Positions 47,069-55,444 are shown, numbered from the stretch's first letter. The stretch is 64,000 nt of DNA from a virus (IMGVR_UViG_3300022925_000008:1-64000), one strand, 5' to 3'. Notes: generated by a model from the letters alone, not told the origin. Numbers and translations: made by a program.

Positions 47069-47503
47069 TCATTCTGGGATTAAGTCTGGGTATGCCTCCT
47101 GTATTAATTTTTTGGTTAATCCTTTCACGGGGTTTTGTTTGTTGATCATAGACACTAGTAATTTAGCGTCTTCGGGATGCACGGTTTCAAGAATGTCAAG
47201 AAATTTCTTTTCACGCTTAAACGCTGGCATATTTTCTGAATCACGAACTCCTTTAACAAAATATTTAAGATTAACATTCTGTTTAAGAAAGGTAGATGGC
47301 GGGGTTCCAACTGAGCAAGGGGTGTATGGCGGTTCTCCACCAGGCAAGTTCCATTGAATCTTGTCGTCAAAAATACCCCTAAGTAGATCTTTTAAAGGCC
47401 ATGATTCGTGTTTCTTTAAAATATTAATCTTTTCTTTTCTAGATTTTACTTTAACGAAATCTTCGAATACTTCGAATACTTCTAATCTTTTGTTTGCTGT
47501 CAT
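47069..47503 (-). CDS. Conserved T4-like protein (DUF6433-like)
   Basis: LPGGEPPY and KREKKFLDILETVHPEDAKLL motifs. Confidence 0.75.
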   Translation of the reverse strand: MTANKRLEVFEVFEDFVKVKSRKEKINILKKHESWPLKDLLRGIFDDKIQWNLPGGEPPYTPCSVGTPPSTFLKQNVNLKYFVKGVRDSENMPAFKREKKFLDILETVHPEDAKLLVSMINKQNPVKGLTKKLIQEAYPDLIPE

Positions 47504-47567
47504 ATCAACTTACCTCATATATTATATATAAATCGCATATACTACATTCCCTAACGCTAGAAGCTTT

Positions 47568-47596
47568 ATTATACTTTTCTTTGTTGTGAATGTCAA
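47568..47596 (-). promoter_or_regulatory. Consensus sigma70 promoter TTGACA-17-TATAAT
   Basis: Perfect match to both hexamers with a 17-nt spacer. Confidence 0.9.
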
Positions 47597-48003
47597 GCCA
47601 AATGTTTGCTGTGAATTTTGCAACCTATAAACTCATTATAATAATCGTCTTTTAAAAGAACATCATTTTCGAACTGATGCTTTGCTTCGTAATAAGAGCA
47701 TTGCCCTTTGGTTCTACATAGATCAAGGATATATCGTTCGTATGCGTTTGCTCCGTTCTTCTCCACTTGTTCTTTTAGGAGAACACTAGAACCGTAATAG
47801 GACATCCAATCGCTCTCTACTCGGGTCTTTTTTCGTCTCTTTCGGGACTTGGTGACAGGAAGAATTTTGCTTCGCCAGAATAGTTTCTTGCCAATATATT
47901 TCATACCGGTTTCTTTTTCGTGAATACAATAAACAAACCCAGCGAGAGATTCTAATTCTTCCGCGCTGGGTTCAAAGGGTTTATTGTTGAAAATCCATGT
48001 CAT
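47593..48003 (-). CDS. GIY-YIG-like nuclease domain protein
   Basis: GFVYCI..KYIGKK, DWMSYYGSS and YYNEFI motifs. Confidence 0.75.
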   Translation of the reverse strand: MTWIFNNKPFEPSAEELESLAGFVYCIHEKETGMKYIGKKLFWRSKILPVTKSRKRRKKTRVESDWMSYYGSSVLLKEQVEKNGANAYERYILDLCRTKGQCSYYEAKHQFENDVLLKDDYYNEFIGCKIHSKHLA

Positions 48004-48029
48004 AGTATTTACTTATATATCTGGTTACT

Positions 48030-48182
48030 CTAACTTTCATTCTCCCTTTCTTTCCATTCACTATTCATATCATCACCGCACATTGGACAGAATATGGGAA
48101 GTTCGTCACAATCTCGCACTATTAATGACATGTCACAATCACAAGCAGGACATTCGCAGTCGTAAGAATACCAATCGCTCAT
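48030..48182 (-). CDS. Small Cys-rich zinc-ribbon / rubredoxin-like protein (50 aa)
   Basis: Manual ORF with CECPAC..FCPMCG; ATG overlaps the nrdJ stop. Confidence 0.7.
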   Translation of the reverse strand: MSDWYSYDCECPACDCDMSLIVRDCDELPIFCPMCGDDMNSEWKERENES

Positions 48183-50098
48183 ACGATTTCACAGTTACCA
48201 GCAGCACAAGCTAGTTCTTGACTGCCCACTGTGGTATCGCTCAATTCGTATTCGCTCAGTTCTGCCCAATTTACATTTTTTGGCATAAGACCTAATAACT
48301 CTTTATATCCTTTCTCATCAGTGTCTTGATACGGAGCTTGCTTGTACGTATGGTCGCTGAAAGGTAAAAACGACACGCCGCTCATAGAGTCGAAATTTTT
48401 ATATGTCCACGCACCTACTTCCATCCACTCGTGCTCTTTGACAGAGATCGTCACAGATGGTTTGTGCTCGCACCAGTGTTTCTGATAAACCAACCACATT
48501 TCTAACTGTTCGATAGCCGTCATGTCAGTACGGAACACAGCACCTTTGTCTACCTTTACCGGAAACGAGAACACAACGGTTTGCGCCGGATTCATCTGAT
48601 CGTCTTCGACAGGAAATCCTCTGTCAATCATAAACTGAGTCAGAGGATCTTTCTTGTCACCACGCACTGTGCGGATGTAGTAGGGGTTGTGACGAGCGTG
48701 AATACCAGAAGCAGCATCCACTAATTGAGACACAGTTCCCGAAGGTTTCACGCAGGTAATCGCTACAGACTGATTGATTCCTAATTTCTTAGAGAGTTCG
48801 GCATTAACCTTCACTGCCTCTTCTCTGAGCTCCTCTAGAAGCGTAGGAAGGTTGCCCAGTTTACCGTTGGTGTATTTGTTGTCCATAATCCCTGTCATGG
48901 AGACGCCGAGCAAACGTTCCTCTTCGCAATTCTTTTTCCATGTTTTTGGGATATACTTAAAGTTTACCAGTGACGACTGGAACGTGCCTAGAATAGTTGC
49001 GAGTCTTACTTTTTCAAGCAGGGACTCGCGGTTGTCGCTCGCGCGTACTACAACCTCAGAAAGATTACAGAACTCACGCGAGCGAAGAATGATCTCAGAA
49101 CAAGGGTTGGTGCCGAACTCATGGTCACCCACCTCTCTTCGACCAGACTTGACTGCTGCCATGTTGGCAGACTGACGATTAAAAATACCACGTTCCCCCG
49201 ATTTGGAATCGTAAAGTGCTTTCCACTCGTCCATAAAAATACCGATGTCAGGTTTCTCTGTATATGCAGCAGAGTTATTTGCTAGTGCTCTATGCCCGTA
49301 ATCATTCCACCACTGACCTGCTTTAGCGTGTCTCATTCGGTCATCAGAGAGGTTTGAGAGCGATATAAGAGCACTTCTGCGCACACCCCCTACCACTACT
49401 ATCTCTGCAATCTTACATACAATATCGTGACATTCAACGGATGTCAATTTTCGACCAGCAGCAGACTTGAATGTTTCAACACAGAACTCGAACAACGAGA
49501 CTAATGGTGCAGGACCTGACGCACGACCACCAAAGGTCTTCAACGGTGCACCTGCCTCACGAACTTTGCTCATGTCCCACGCAGGTACTTGCCCAGCATA
49601 CAGCAGACCCACAAGTTCTTTCATTGCTTTTGCCCAACCGAGTTTGCTGTCACCCACCACAATTGTAGTATCGGTATCATGAAACTCGTCAGCAACAACA
49701 GGCATCTGCGAGATATGCTGGCGTTCTACCGAGAATCCAACACCAGTACCGTTCATCAACACATAGAGGATCTCATCGAACGATGAAGGTTTGTCAACTG
49801 CAATGTATGAACAGTTATAACCCGCGATGTTCTCGCGCTTGAGTGCTTCGCCAGCAGTCATCAGACACCGCATAGAAGGCATGACCTTCTGAGTCAATAC
49901 TGCTTCTTCTAGTTCTGCTCGAAGTTTAGCAGGTAATTTATAGTCACAGGTTTCTTCAAGGTGTTCTGTGAAAAAATCAAAATATCTACCAATAGTTTCT
50001 TCCCAAGTTTCTCTTCGACCTTCTTCTGGTAACCATCGTGAGTATCGAGACAGGTGGATAAATTCTTGGTAACTGGTGGGTAGATAATTGCTGGGCAT
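48179..50098 (-). CDS. nrdJ: Class II (adenosylcobalamin-dependent) ribonucleotide reductase, monomeric type
   Basis: RYSRW..RRETW, MPSMR, YNCSY, GTNPCSEIILR..CNLSEV, TCVKPSGTVSQL, WCEHKPS and C-terminal CAAGNC; likely start MPSNY. Confidence 0.93.
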   Translation of the reverse strand: MPSNYLPTSYQEFIHLSRYSRWLPEEGRRETWEETIGRYFDFFTEHLEETCDYKLPAKLRAELEEAVLTQKVMPSMRCLMTAGEALKRENIAGYNCSYIAVDKPSSFDEILYVLMNGTGVGFSVERQHISQMPVVADEFHDTDTTIVVGDSKLGWAKAMKELVGLLYAGQVPAWDMSKVREAGAPLKTFGGRASGPAPLVSLFEFCVETFKSAAGRKLTSVECHDIVCKIAEIVVVGGVRRSALISLSNLSDDRMRHAKAGQWWNDYGHRALANNSAAYTEKPDIGIFMDEWKALYDSKSGERGIFNRQSANMAAVKSGRREVGDHEFGTNPCSEIILRSREFCNLSEVVVRASDNRESLLEKVRLATILGTFQSSLVNFKYIPKTWKKNCEEERLLGVSMTGIMDNKYTNGKLGNLPTLLEELREEAVKVNAELSKKLGINQSVAITCVKPSGTVSQLVDAASGIHARHNPYYIRTVRGDKKDPLTQFMIDRGFPVEDDQMNPAQTVVFSFPVKVDKGAVFRTDMTAIEQLEMWLVYQKHWCEHKPSVTISVKEHEWMEVGAWTYKNFDSMSGVSFLPFSDHTYKQAPYQDTDEKGYKELLGLMPKNVNWAELSEYELSDTTVGSQELACAAGNCEIV

Positions 50099-50146
50099 AT
50101 GGATGCGCTCCTCATTCGTCAAGGGGTTTTTAATTTCAGTGGAATT

Positions 50147-50175
50147 ATTATATAGTATTATTTAAATTTAGTCAA
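50147..50175 (-). promoter_or_regulatory. sigma70 promoter TTGACT-17-TATAAT for nrdJ
   Basis: Near-consensus with exact spacing. Confidence 0.85.
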
Positions 50176-50281
50176 CTTCTTGATCGCGCGCATTGGAAAC
50201 AAGTTCTTCTATCCTTTCAGATATTAGTTTCATTTTTTCGTTACCCGTCCAATGGAAATTAGTAAATAAATATTCTATCAT
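50168..50281 (-). CDS. Possible small protein (37 aa)
   Basis: Fills the gap after the o-spanin; no motif recognised. Confidence 0.3.
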   Translation of the reverse strand: MIEYLFTNFHWTGNEKMKLISERIEELVSNARDQEVD

Positions 50282-50288
50282 TTGTTGA

Positions 50289-50720
50289 TCAGTCATTATT
50301 TTTCACCCATTCTTCTGCTGTAGTCCCTTCAGACTCAGTAGTTGCTTCGCGATAGTAGATGATTAACTCTTTCTGTTGTCTGACATAACGTCGAACCTCT
50401 TGGAAGTTCTCTGCCATTTTCTCGTATCCATCAGGTGTGAGAGCAAACACGACAAACTGACCGTCGAGCATCTTTTCAATCTCTTTGACCTTTTCTTCGA
50501 TGTTCTCTTCGGTAATGACAAAGAAGTTTACATTGAGTAAATCAATCTCTTGAGGAAGAGGTGGTTGATAAATGCGTAGAGGTACTTTCTCAGTTACCGT
50601 TACTATCTGTGGTTCCGGTTGGATTATCTGTTCCTTCGGACCCCACTCCAGCCTTGGCATCAGGTTGCATCCCGTCAGCAGGAGGGGTATTATCAATATC
50701 CATAAGTTCTTTTGTATCAT
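50289..50720 (-). CDS. Putative o-spanin (outer-membrane lipoprotein)
   Basis: Lipoprotein signal with LTGC lipobox, Pro-rich linker; overlaps the i-spanin 3' end. Confidence 0.75.
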   Translation of the reverse strand: MIQKNLWILIIPLLLTGCNLMPRLEWGPKEQIIQPEPQIVTVTEKVPLRIYQPPLPQEIDLLNVNFFVITEENIEEKVKEIEKMLDGQFVVFALTPDGYEKMAENFQEVRRYVRQQKELIIYYREATTESEGTTAEEWVKNND

Positions 50721-51102
50721 CTTCTAACATCCTAAATACTTTTTCAGTTCCATTGTTAATCCGAGTCTCAATCATGCCTGGTTTAGCACGAGCAAGGCGG
50801 GTCAAGTTGTGGTCCTTAAAGACCTTCATATAATTTGATTTCTCTTTTGCCAACTCGTTATTTGCTAAGGTAAGCTTGTTCATTGCCTCACCTTGTTTCT
50901 TGGCATTTTCTTCTGCTGCTTTAAGCGATGCTTGCGCAGTATTGACAGCAAGTTCTAACTGAACTTGGTTCTCTTTGAGAGTTTTATTATTTGCTTCTAA
51001 TTGAGCAACAGAGGCTTGCAGACCCGATACAGTCACCTGATGATATGCAAACGCAGCACCACCTGCCGCAATTACTGCGAACAGCAAATATATTTTAAAC
51101 AT
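50590..51102 (-). CDS. Putative i-spanin
   Basis: Single N-terminal TM followed by a long coiled coil. Confidence 0.75.
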   Translation of the reverse strand: MFKIYLLFAVIAAGGAAFAYHQVTVSGLQASVAQLEANNKTLKENQVQLELAVNTAQASLKAAEENAKKQGEAMNKLTLANNELAKEKSNYMKVFKDHNLTRLARAKPGMIETRINNGTEKVFRMLEDDTKELMDIDNTPPADGMQPDAKAGVGSEGTDNPTGTTDSNGN

Positions 51103-51266
51103 TATTTCACCAGTTTTTTTCTTTTTCCGTTCACTTCTATATATCCTCGAGTCAAGACCGCATATTTTTTCTTTTTCTTGGGTCCCATGTCTTTAGTGTC
51201 TTGAGGAATACCAGCGTCAGCTGCTGTTGTCATTTCTTCATCAAACATCTGTTTAAAAGTTTTCAT
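51102..51266 (-). CDS. Small basic protein with CTS-like N-terminus (54 aa)
   Basis: Manual ORF MKTFKQMFDEEMTTAADAGIP..KKKKK; coupled to both neighbours. Confidence 0.7.
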   Translation of the reverse strand: MKTFKQMFDEEMTTAADAGIPQDTKDMGPKKKKKYAVLTRGYIEVNGKRKKLVK

Positions 51267-51616
51267 TTTGTATGTGGAGGATGGTCATACCATTTTGCAT
51301 GAGCGGCTTTCTTATATGCATCGTGATCACCGCCAAGATGTTTTTTAACAAACGCTTTATGAAAATCTTTTGGGTGGTTACCAACTCCCGAACCATTATC
51401 AACATTGTTCGCGTTATGGCTATGATCAAGAACTGCCTTTGCTACTTCAGAACCATGTTTAGATTTAATTTGATCGTGAATTTTTTTCGCCTTTCGCGCG
51501 TCTGCAGCGCTACCTTCAACCTCCGCCATTTGATGGTGAAACGCATGATTCGCTGCCATTTTTGCTAAAGATTCACTTATCTGTAAATCCTCAATTAGCT
51601 GATCAAAAGTTTTCAT
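51263..51616 (-). CDS. His-rich protein with CTS-like N-terminus (candidate internal head protein)
   Basis: MKTFDQLIE start, 14 His in 117 aa, late promoter upstream. Confidence 0.7.
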   Translation of the reverse strand: MKTFDQLIEDLQISESLAKMAANHAFHHQMAEVEGSAADARKAKKIHDQIKSKHGSEVAKAVLDHSHNANNVDNGSGVGNHPKDFHKAFVKKHLGGDHDAYKKAAHAKWYDHPPHTK

Positions 51617-51645
51617 TTGATATTTCCTGTTTTAGTTTAAAAAGA

Positions 51646-52233
51646 CTATTTATATATCTCGCCAATTGTAAAGTGAATTGTTTTTCCAGTATTTAAATGC
51701 TGACCTTCGTACACATTTATTCCGAAAAGTTCGCCTATCGGGTAACTATTCTCGGACACACGAAACTTATCTTTTGCCGCGACTCTCTCATCAAGAGAAT
51801 CTGACAGAAGTTTTTCGTTTTTGACTCTATAGATGCCAGGTGCGATCATTTGGTCTTGCATCACAAACCACTCAGATTGTTCTTGTAACAAATCTATCAT
51901 ATCAATGCCAGACTCTTTGAGAATTTTTTCTAAATTATTTTCGGTAACACCAAAATGTTCTTTAAGAAGAAACAAAGCAGAGACATAAGAAGCGAGTCTA
52001 GAACCACCGCCAGGAACCTTGGCGAGTAATTTCTTGATGTTGAACACTAGTCTATGGAAAGTAGTGAATGCCGACTTTTCATCAGCAGATTGAATATCCT
52101 TGGTCTTTATTCTCTTACCATTTTCATCAATGATACCTAACTTATATGCATCAGTATCTTCAAACTTTGTTACAAGTAGTTTTAAAAACCGGAAAGTATA
52201 AACCAGATCTCCTGCTCTCGAAAGTATACTCAT
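51646..52233 (-). CDS. Conserved T4-like hypothetical protein
   Basis: DLVYTFRFLKLL..DAYKLGIIDENGK..TFHRLVFNIKKLL motifs. Confidence 0.75.
   Translation of the reverse strand: MSILSRAGDLVYTFRFLKLLVTKFEDTDAYKLGIIDENGKRIKTKDIQSADEKSAFTTFHRLVFNIKKLLAKVPGGGSRLASYVSALFLLKEHFGVTENNLEKILKESGIDMIDLLQEQSEWFVMQDQMIAPGIYRVKNEKLLSDSLDERVAAKDKFRVSENSYPIGELFGINVYEGQHLNTGKTIHFTIGEIYK
51647..51654 (-). promoter_or_regulatory. T4 late promoter TATAAATA
   Basis: Exact consensus 31 nt upstream of ATG 51616. Confidence 0.82.
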
Positions 52234-52601
52234 TATATTTTCCTTAAAAATTCTATTACTTTTTGGTCCATCTCTATTCCAGTATATTTATCATTTGGCA
52301 CTATTTTAAGAAAAATCAAAAATGGTTTTACTACCGGCCAATGATGTTCTTCTAATCTGAATTCTAACATTTTTAGTCCCGCTTCTACTCCAAAAACATT
52401 AAAGATGACAACAAGGTGATTTAGTATCAACCTCTCTGCCAAGTTTCCTCCCGAAACATATCGATTAATTAAGCGTTTTATATACTTAAACTTTTTCAGG
52501 TCTTCATGAAACTCTTCGGCGTCTATACATGTTGGATTATAGTAATGCCTTGCCGCAAACAATGTAAATACATCTTCATTTAGTCTCTCGAATAACTTCA
52601 T
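52233..52601 (-). CDS. Conserved T4-like hypothetical protein
   Basis: AARHYYNP..EEFHEDLKKFKYIKRL..ERLILNHLVVIFNVFG motifs. Confidence 0.78.
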   Translation of the reverse strand: MKLFERLNEDVFTLFAARHYYNPTCIDAEEFHEDLKKFKYIKRLINRYVSGGNLAERLILNHLVVIFNVFGVEAGLKMLEFRLEEHHWPVVKPFLIFLKIVPNDKYTGIEMDQKVIEFLRKI

Positions 52602-52974
52602 GTTTCATCCTATAATTTTCAATTGCCGCTTTGATCGCATCTTCTGCAAGGACACTACAGTGGATTTTGACGGGTGGGAGGGCAAGTTCGTCTGCGATTT
52701 CGGAGTTGGTAATACTCCCAGCTTCATCAAGACTGCGACCCTTAACCCATTCGGTAAGGAGGGAGGAAGACGCGATAGCACTTCCGCATCCGTAGGTTTT
52801 AAACCTAGCATCTTCGATAATTCCATCATCATTCACCTTTATCTGTAATTGCATAACATCGCCACACGCAGGGGCACCGACCATGCCAGTACCCACATCA
52901 CTTGCTTCTTTATCTAGCTTACCGACATTACGAGGATTCTCGTAGTGGTCCATCACTTGTTCTGAATATGCCAT
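52576..52974 (-). CDS. iscU: Fe-S cluster scaffold protein IscU
   Basis: YSEQVMDHYENPRNVG, GAPACGDVM, FKTYGCGSAIASSS and LPPVKIHCS; all ligands present. Confidence 0.97.
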   Translation of the reverse strand: MAYSEQVMDHYENPRNVGKLDKEASDVGTGMVGAPACGDVMQLQIKVNDDGIIEDARFKTYGCGSAIASSSLLTEWVKGRSLDEAGSITNSEIADELALPPVKIHCSVLAEDAIKAAIENYRMKHEVIRETK

Positions 52975-53135
52975 TACCAGTTATGCACCACATTTGCCAT
53001 GATAAAAAAACAAGTCATAAAGTTAACACCAACAATTAATGTTCTCAATAGAGCAACATAATTGTCATAGGGTTCAGTCTTATCATCTGAAAATCCCCCG
53101 AGAGCATATTTCCAGATAGTCCAAAATTTAATCAT
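52974..53135 (-). CDS. Small membrane protein (53 aa)
   Basis: Manual ORF MIKFWTIWKYALGG..VALLRTLIVGVNFMTCFFIMANVVHNW. Confidence 0.7.
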   Translation of the reverse strand: MIKFWTIWKYALGGFSDDKTEPYDNYVALLRTLIVGVNFMTCFFIMANVVHNW

Positions 53136-53295
53136 CACTCTCCGTCTTTAACATTGTCCAAGCACCATAGGCTAGACCTACCCAAGACAACAACTCAGCA
53201 ATACCTCCAAATAGTATTACAGAACCACATACAGCAATGAGCATACCTCCGTCCCATGTTGTACGTTCCCCTAAAAGTTTTTTAACTAAAGACAT
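53128..53295 (-). CDS. Small two-TM membrane protein (55 aa)
   Basis: Manual ORF with ERTTWDG and two hydrophobic helices. Confidence 0.7.
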   Translation of the reverse strand: MSLVKKLLGERTTWDGGMLIAVCGSVILFGGIAELLSWVGLAYGAWTMLKTESDD

Positions 53296-54064
53296 TTTGA
53301 TCTCCCGTCCAATTTTCTAAATGTTTAATGTACTCGCCGATACTATGATCACTAAAACTATCAATCTTACCTTGCTTCAACCCCATCCAGATACCTCTTA
53401 GTTTATCTTTGACTTTTTGCCATTGAGTTAACTGTCTCACTTGACCGTAAGCATTGATATAACATGCTGTGCCGTGATGCTTGTATCCTAAAAATGCAGG
53501 CGGCACTGTAGTGACGATATCGTTATTATTTCTCCAACGATAATGTGTAACGGGTAAACTCTTGCAATATTTATTCCATCCCACTCGAGGTGATCCGTAT
53601 GTATACAATTCTTCTACTACAGTGTCTTCTAAAGTTTCGTCAAGAGTGCACCGAGCAGCAACAATAGTTGCCATAGCGGCACCCAGACTATGCCCAGTAA
53701 CCCAGACCTTGCGTTTACCCAAAACCTTTGGAGTTAAGTCTTCGCGAATCATTGGCCATAGTTCATCAACTTCGGATTTGAAACCTTTGTGTACTCGACT
53801 AACCGTTTCTGATATTACGGGTATTGCAGTTAGGTCTGCTTTAATATCATTCAGTTCTGTTGGCTCTGTTCCTCGACACGCGATTACCATATCATTTTTG
53901 TTTTGAAACCTATATGCTTGCGCTCCATCCCTGTTGTAAAATTCTACTTGAGTGAATCCTAAAACCTTAACAGCCTTTTTAGCTTCCTTTTCATCCAGAT
54001 AGGCAATGCTGCTGAGTTTTGCAAACAAAAGACTTTTATCTCTATGTGATAGTTCAGATATCAT
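53282..54064 (-). CDS. Lipase class 3 (alpha/beta hydrolase)
   Basis: ACRGTE, VHKGF, VTGHSLGAA (nucleophile), TYGSPRVG, NDIVTTVP and DHSI motifs. Confidence 0.92.
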   Translation of the reverse strand: MISELSHRDKSLLFAKLSSIAYLDEKEAKKAVKVLGFTQVEFYNRDGAQAYRFQNKNDMVIACRGTEPTELNDIKADLTAIPVISETVSRVHKGFKSEVDELWPMIREDLTPKVLGKRKVWVTGHSLGAAMATIVAARCTLDETLEDTVVEELYTYGSPRVGWNKYCKSLPVTHYRWRNNNDIVTTVPPAFLGYKHHGTACYINAYGQVRQLTQWQKVKDKLRGIWMGLKQGKIDSFSDHSIGEYIKHLENWTGDQNVFS

Positions 54065-54279
54065 TAGTGGGTCTCCATTTTTAAATTCGTGTTAGGTAAG
54101 GGGCAGTTAGAGTCTCCTTCTTCTCTGCCTCTGATTTGCATATCTACCCAATACAATTCTGCCACTATCTTATGATACCACATGCGATCATACTGATCGT
54201 GACATTTTGCTGCCTCATCTTTAAGGTCTTGCATTCGCATTTCAAGGTAGTCGTGTATCGTGGGTTTATTTCTTTGCAC
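54064..54279 (-). CDS. Hypothetical protein
   Basis: 71 aa, coupled to the lipase. Confidence 0.55.
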   Translation of the reverse strand: MQRNKPTIHDYLEMRMQDLKDEAAKCHDQYDRMWYHKIVAELYWVDMQIRGREEGDSNCPLPNTNLKMETH

Positions 54280-54562
54280 TTGTTTTCTTCTTTAATTCAA
54301 GATCAGCAATACGCGCTTCGAGTTCGTCTATCTTTTTAGTGACTTTAGGATATTTCTTTCGCCACGCTGTGGGATCATCTTGTAACCATTCCCACCCGAA
54401 TTTATCGACAAGTGAATCTAAGAAAAGATCGAATTTAGCATAACACCAAAGTGCCATGTGCGTGTCTTTGAACCATGCTAAGAAAGCAGCACCAAAAACA
54501 GACCCAGCGATAGCTGTGTATATCCACAGCGTATCGCCGAACATAGCAGTTAAAGTTTCCAT
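54266..54562 (-). CDS. Conserved phage membrane protein
   Basis: N-terminal TM; WRKKYPKVTKKIDELEARI motif. Confidence 0.7.
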   Translation of the reverse strand: METLTAMFGDTLWIYTAIAGSVFGAAFLAWFKDTHMALWCYAKFDLFLDSLVDKFGWEWLQDDPTAWRKKYPKVTKKIDELEARIADLELKKKTSAKK

Positions 54563-54589
54563 ATAATACCCCCAGATGAATTCTAAGAG

Positions 54590-54597
54590 TATTTATA
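54590..54597 (-). promoter_or_regulatory. T4 late promoter TATAAATA
   Basis: Exact consensus 28 nt upstream of ATG 54562. Confidence 0.85.
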
Positions 54598-54951
54598 TCA
54601 CCAGGTGTAACGAATTTCCGTTTCTAATTTAGATTTCAACTGAGAGGCGTTCTTACCTTCGAATTTACCTTTGATAGTGAGGTTTTTATCCCATTTAAAC
54701 TTGTAACCTGCTTCAAAACTATGACCATCCGTCATATGTCCACCTTCGACATAAACCTTACCGAAGTCAGTTTTCTTTTCGAAACCTATTCGTGTATGAT
54801 TCGTAGTATCACCACGATGCATTTGATCATTAAACTTAGTTTCAGATTTGAATTCAATGTATGGGCTTGCCTTAAGATCTAAGCTCAACATCATAAACAG
54901 ACTACCAATCAAAACTACGATAACGATTGTTTCTTTCCAGTTCTTTTTCAT
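54598..54951 (-). CDS. Small secreted beta-rich protein, probable outer-membrane protein
   Basis: Signal peptide, alternating amphipathic strands, C-terminal EIRYTW beta-signal. Confidence 0.65.
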   Translation of the reverse strand: MKKNWKETIVIVVLIGSLFMMLSLDLKASPYIEFKSETKFNDQMHRGDTTNHTRIGFEKKTDFGKVYVEGGHMTDGHSFEAGYKFKWDKNLTIKGKFEGKNASQLKSKLETEIRYTW

Positions 54952-55088
54952 ATTAAGTTCCTTTATAAAAGAATTATTTAGAATAAAGAAACCTAAATTG
55001 TGTTAAGGTCGGATTAATGTTTCGTTAAATTACCACTGCTATGATTATAACAACACAGTTCAACAAAGACCCGCACAGCATTCCTTTT

Positions 55089-55114
55089 AAAAAAAGGGGG
55101 ACCAAAGTCCCCCT
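55089..55114 (-). terminator. Rho-independent terminator AGGGGGAC-TTTG-GTCCCCCT + U tract
   Basis: 8-bp GC-rich stem followed by a T run. Confidence 0.88.
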
Positions 55115-55123
55115 CCCGCTGAG

Positions 55124-55231
55124 TCAGATTATTACAAAACCAAGTAATAGTCCTATGTTTAGTCCAATGCTACACATAAGCATGAACTGGGTCTTATATA
55201 AAACTTCGCGGGAAATAAATTCCCGTTCCAT
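55124..55231 (-). CDS. Small membrane peptide (35 aa)
   Basis: Strong GAGGAGG RBS; C-terminal TM. Confidence 0.6.
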   Translation of the reverse strand: MEREFISREVLYKTQFMLMCSIGLNIGLLLGFVII

Positions 55232-55444
55232 TTAATCCTCCTCATCTAACACGATTAAAGCGATATTTGATTTGTTCAAATGAACCTCAATACCACTCGG
55301 TTGGGTAAAAGGAATGAACTTTCTATCGTCGTTCATAACCCAAGGGATTACGTCCTTGGGTTTCAATGTGGCATAAACCTCATCGTCCCCACTTAACCTA
55401 CCACTAATCGTGCCTCCATTAACAAACGTTACTTTAACACGCAT
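55232..55444 (-). CDS. Small cytoplasmic beta protein (possible Sm-like fold)
   Basis: VKVTFVNGGTISGRL..MNDDRKFIPF..HLNKSNIALI pattern; GGGAG RBS. Confidence 0.6.
   Translation of the reverse strand: MRVKVTFVNGGTISGRLSGDDEVYATLKPKDVIPWVMNDDRKFIPFTQPSGIEVHLNKSNIALIVLDEED

Noticed and set aside
47593-48003. Mobile homing endonuclease or intron
   Set aside because: Only 136 aa with no DNA-binding extension, it interrupts no gene, and no group I intron structure is evident.
48179-50098. Intein or intron in nrdJ (also thyX, phoH)
   Set aside because: Lengths are normal and motifs are contiguous.
55025-55081. 18-aa hydrophobic peptide after the cassette terminator
   Set aside because: The SD-like AAGGA abuts the ATG and the ORF is too short to support.
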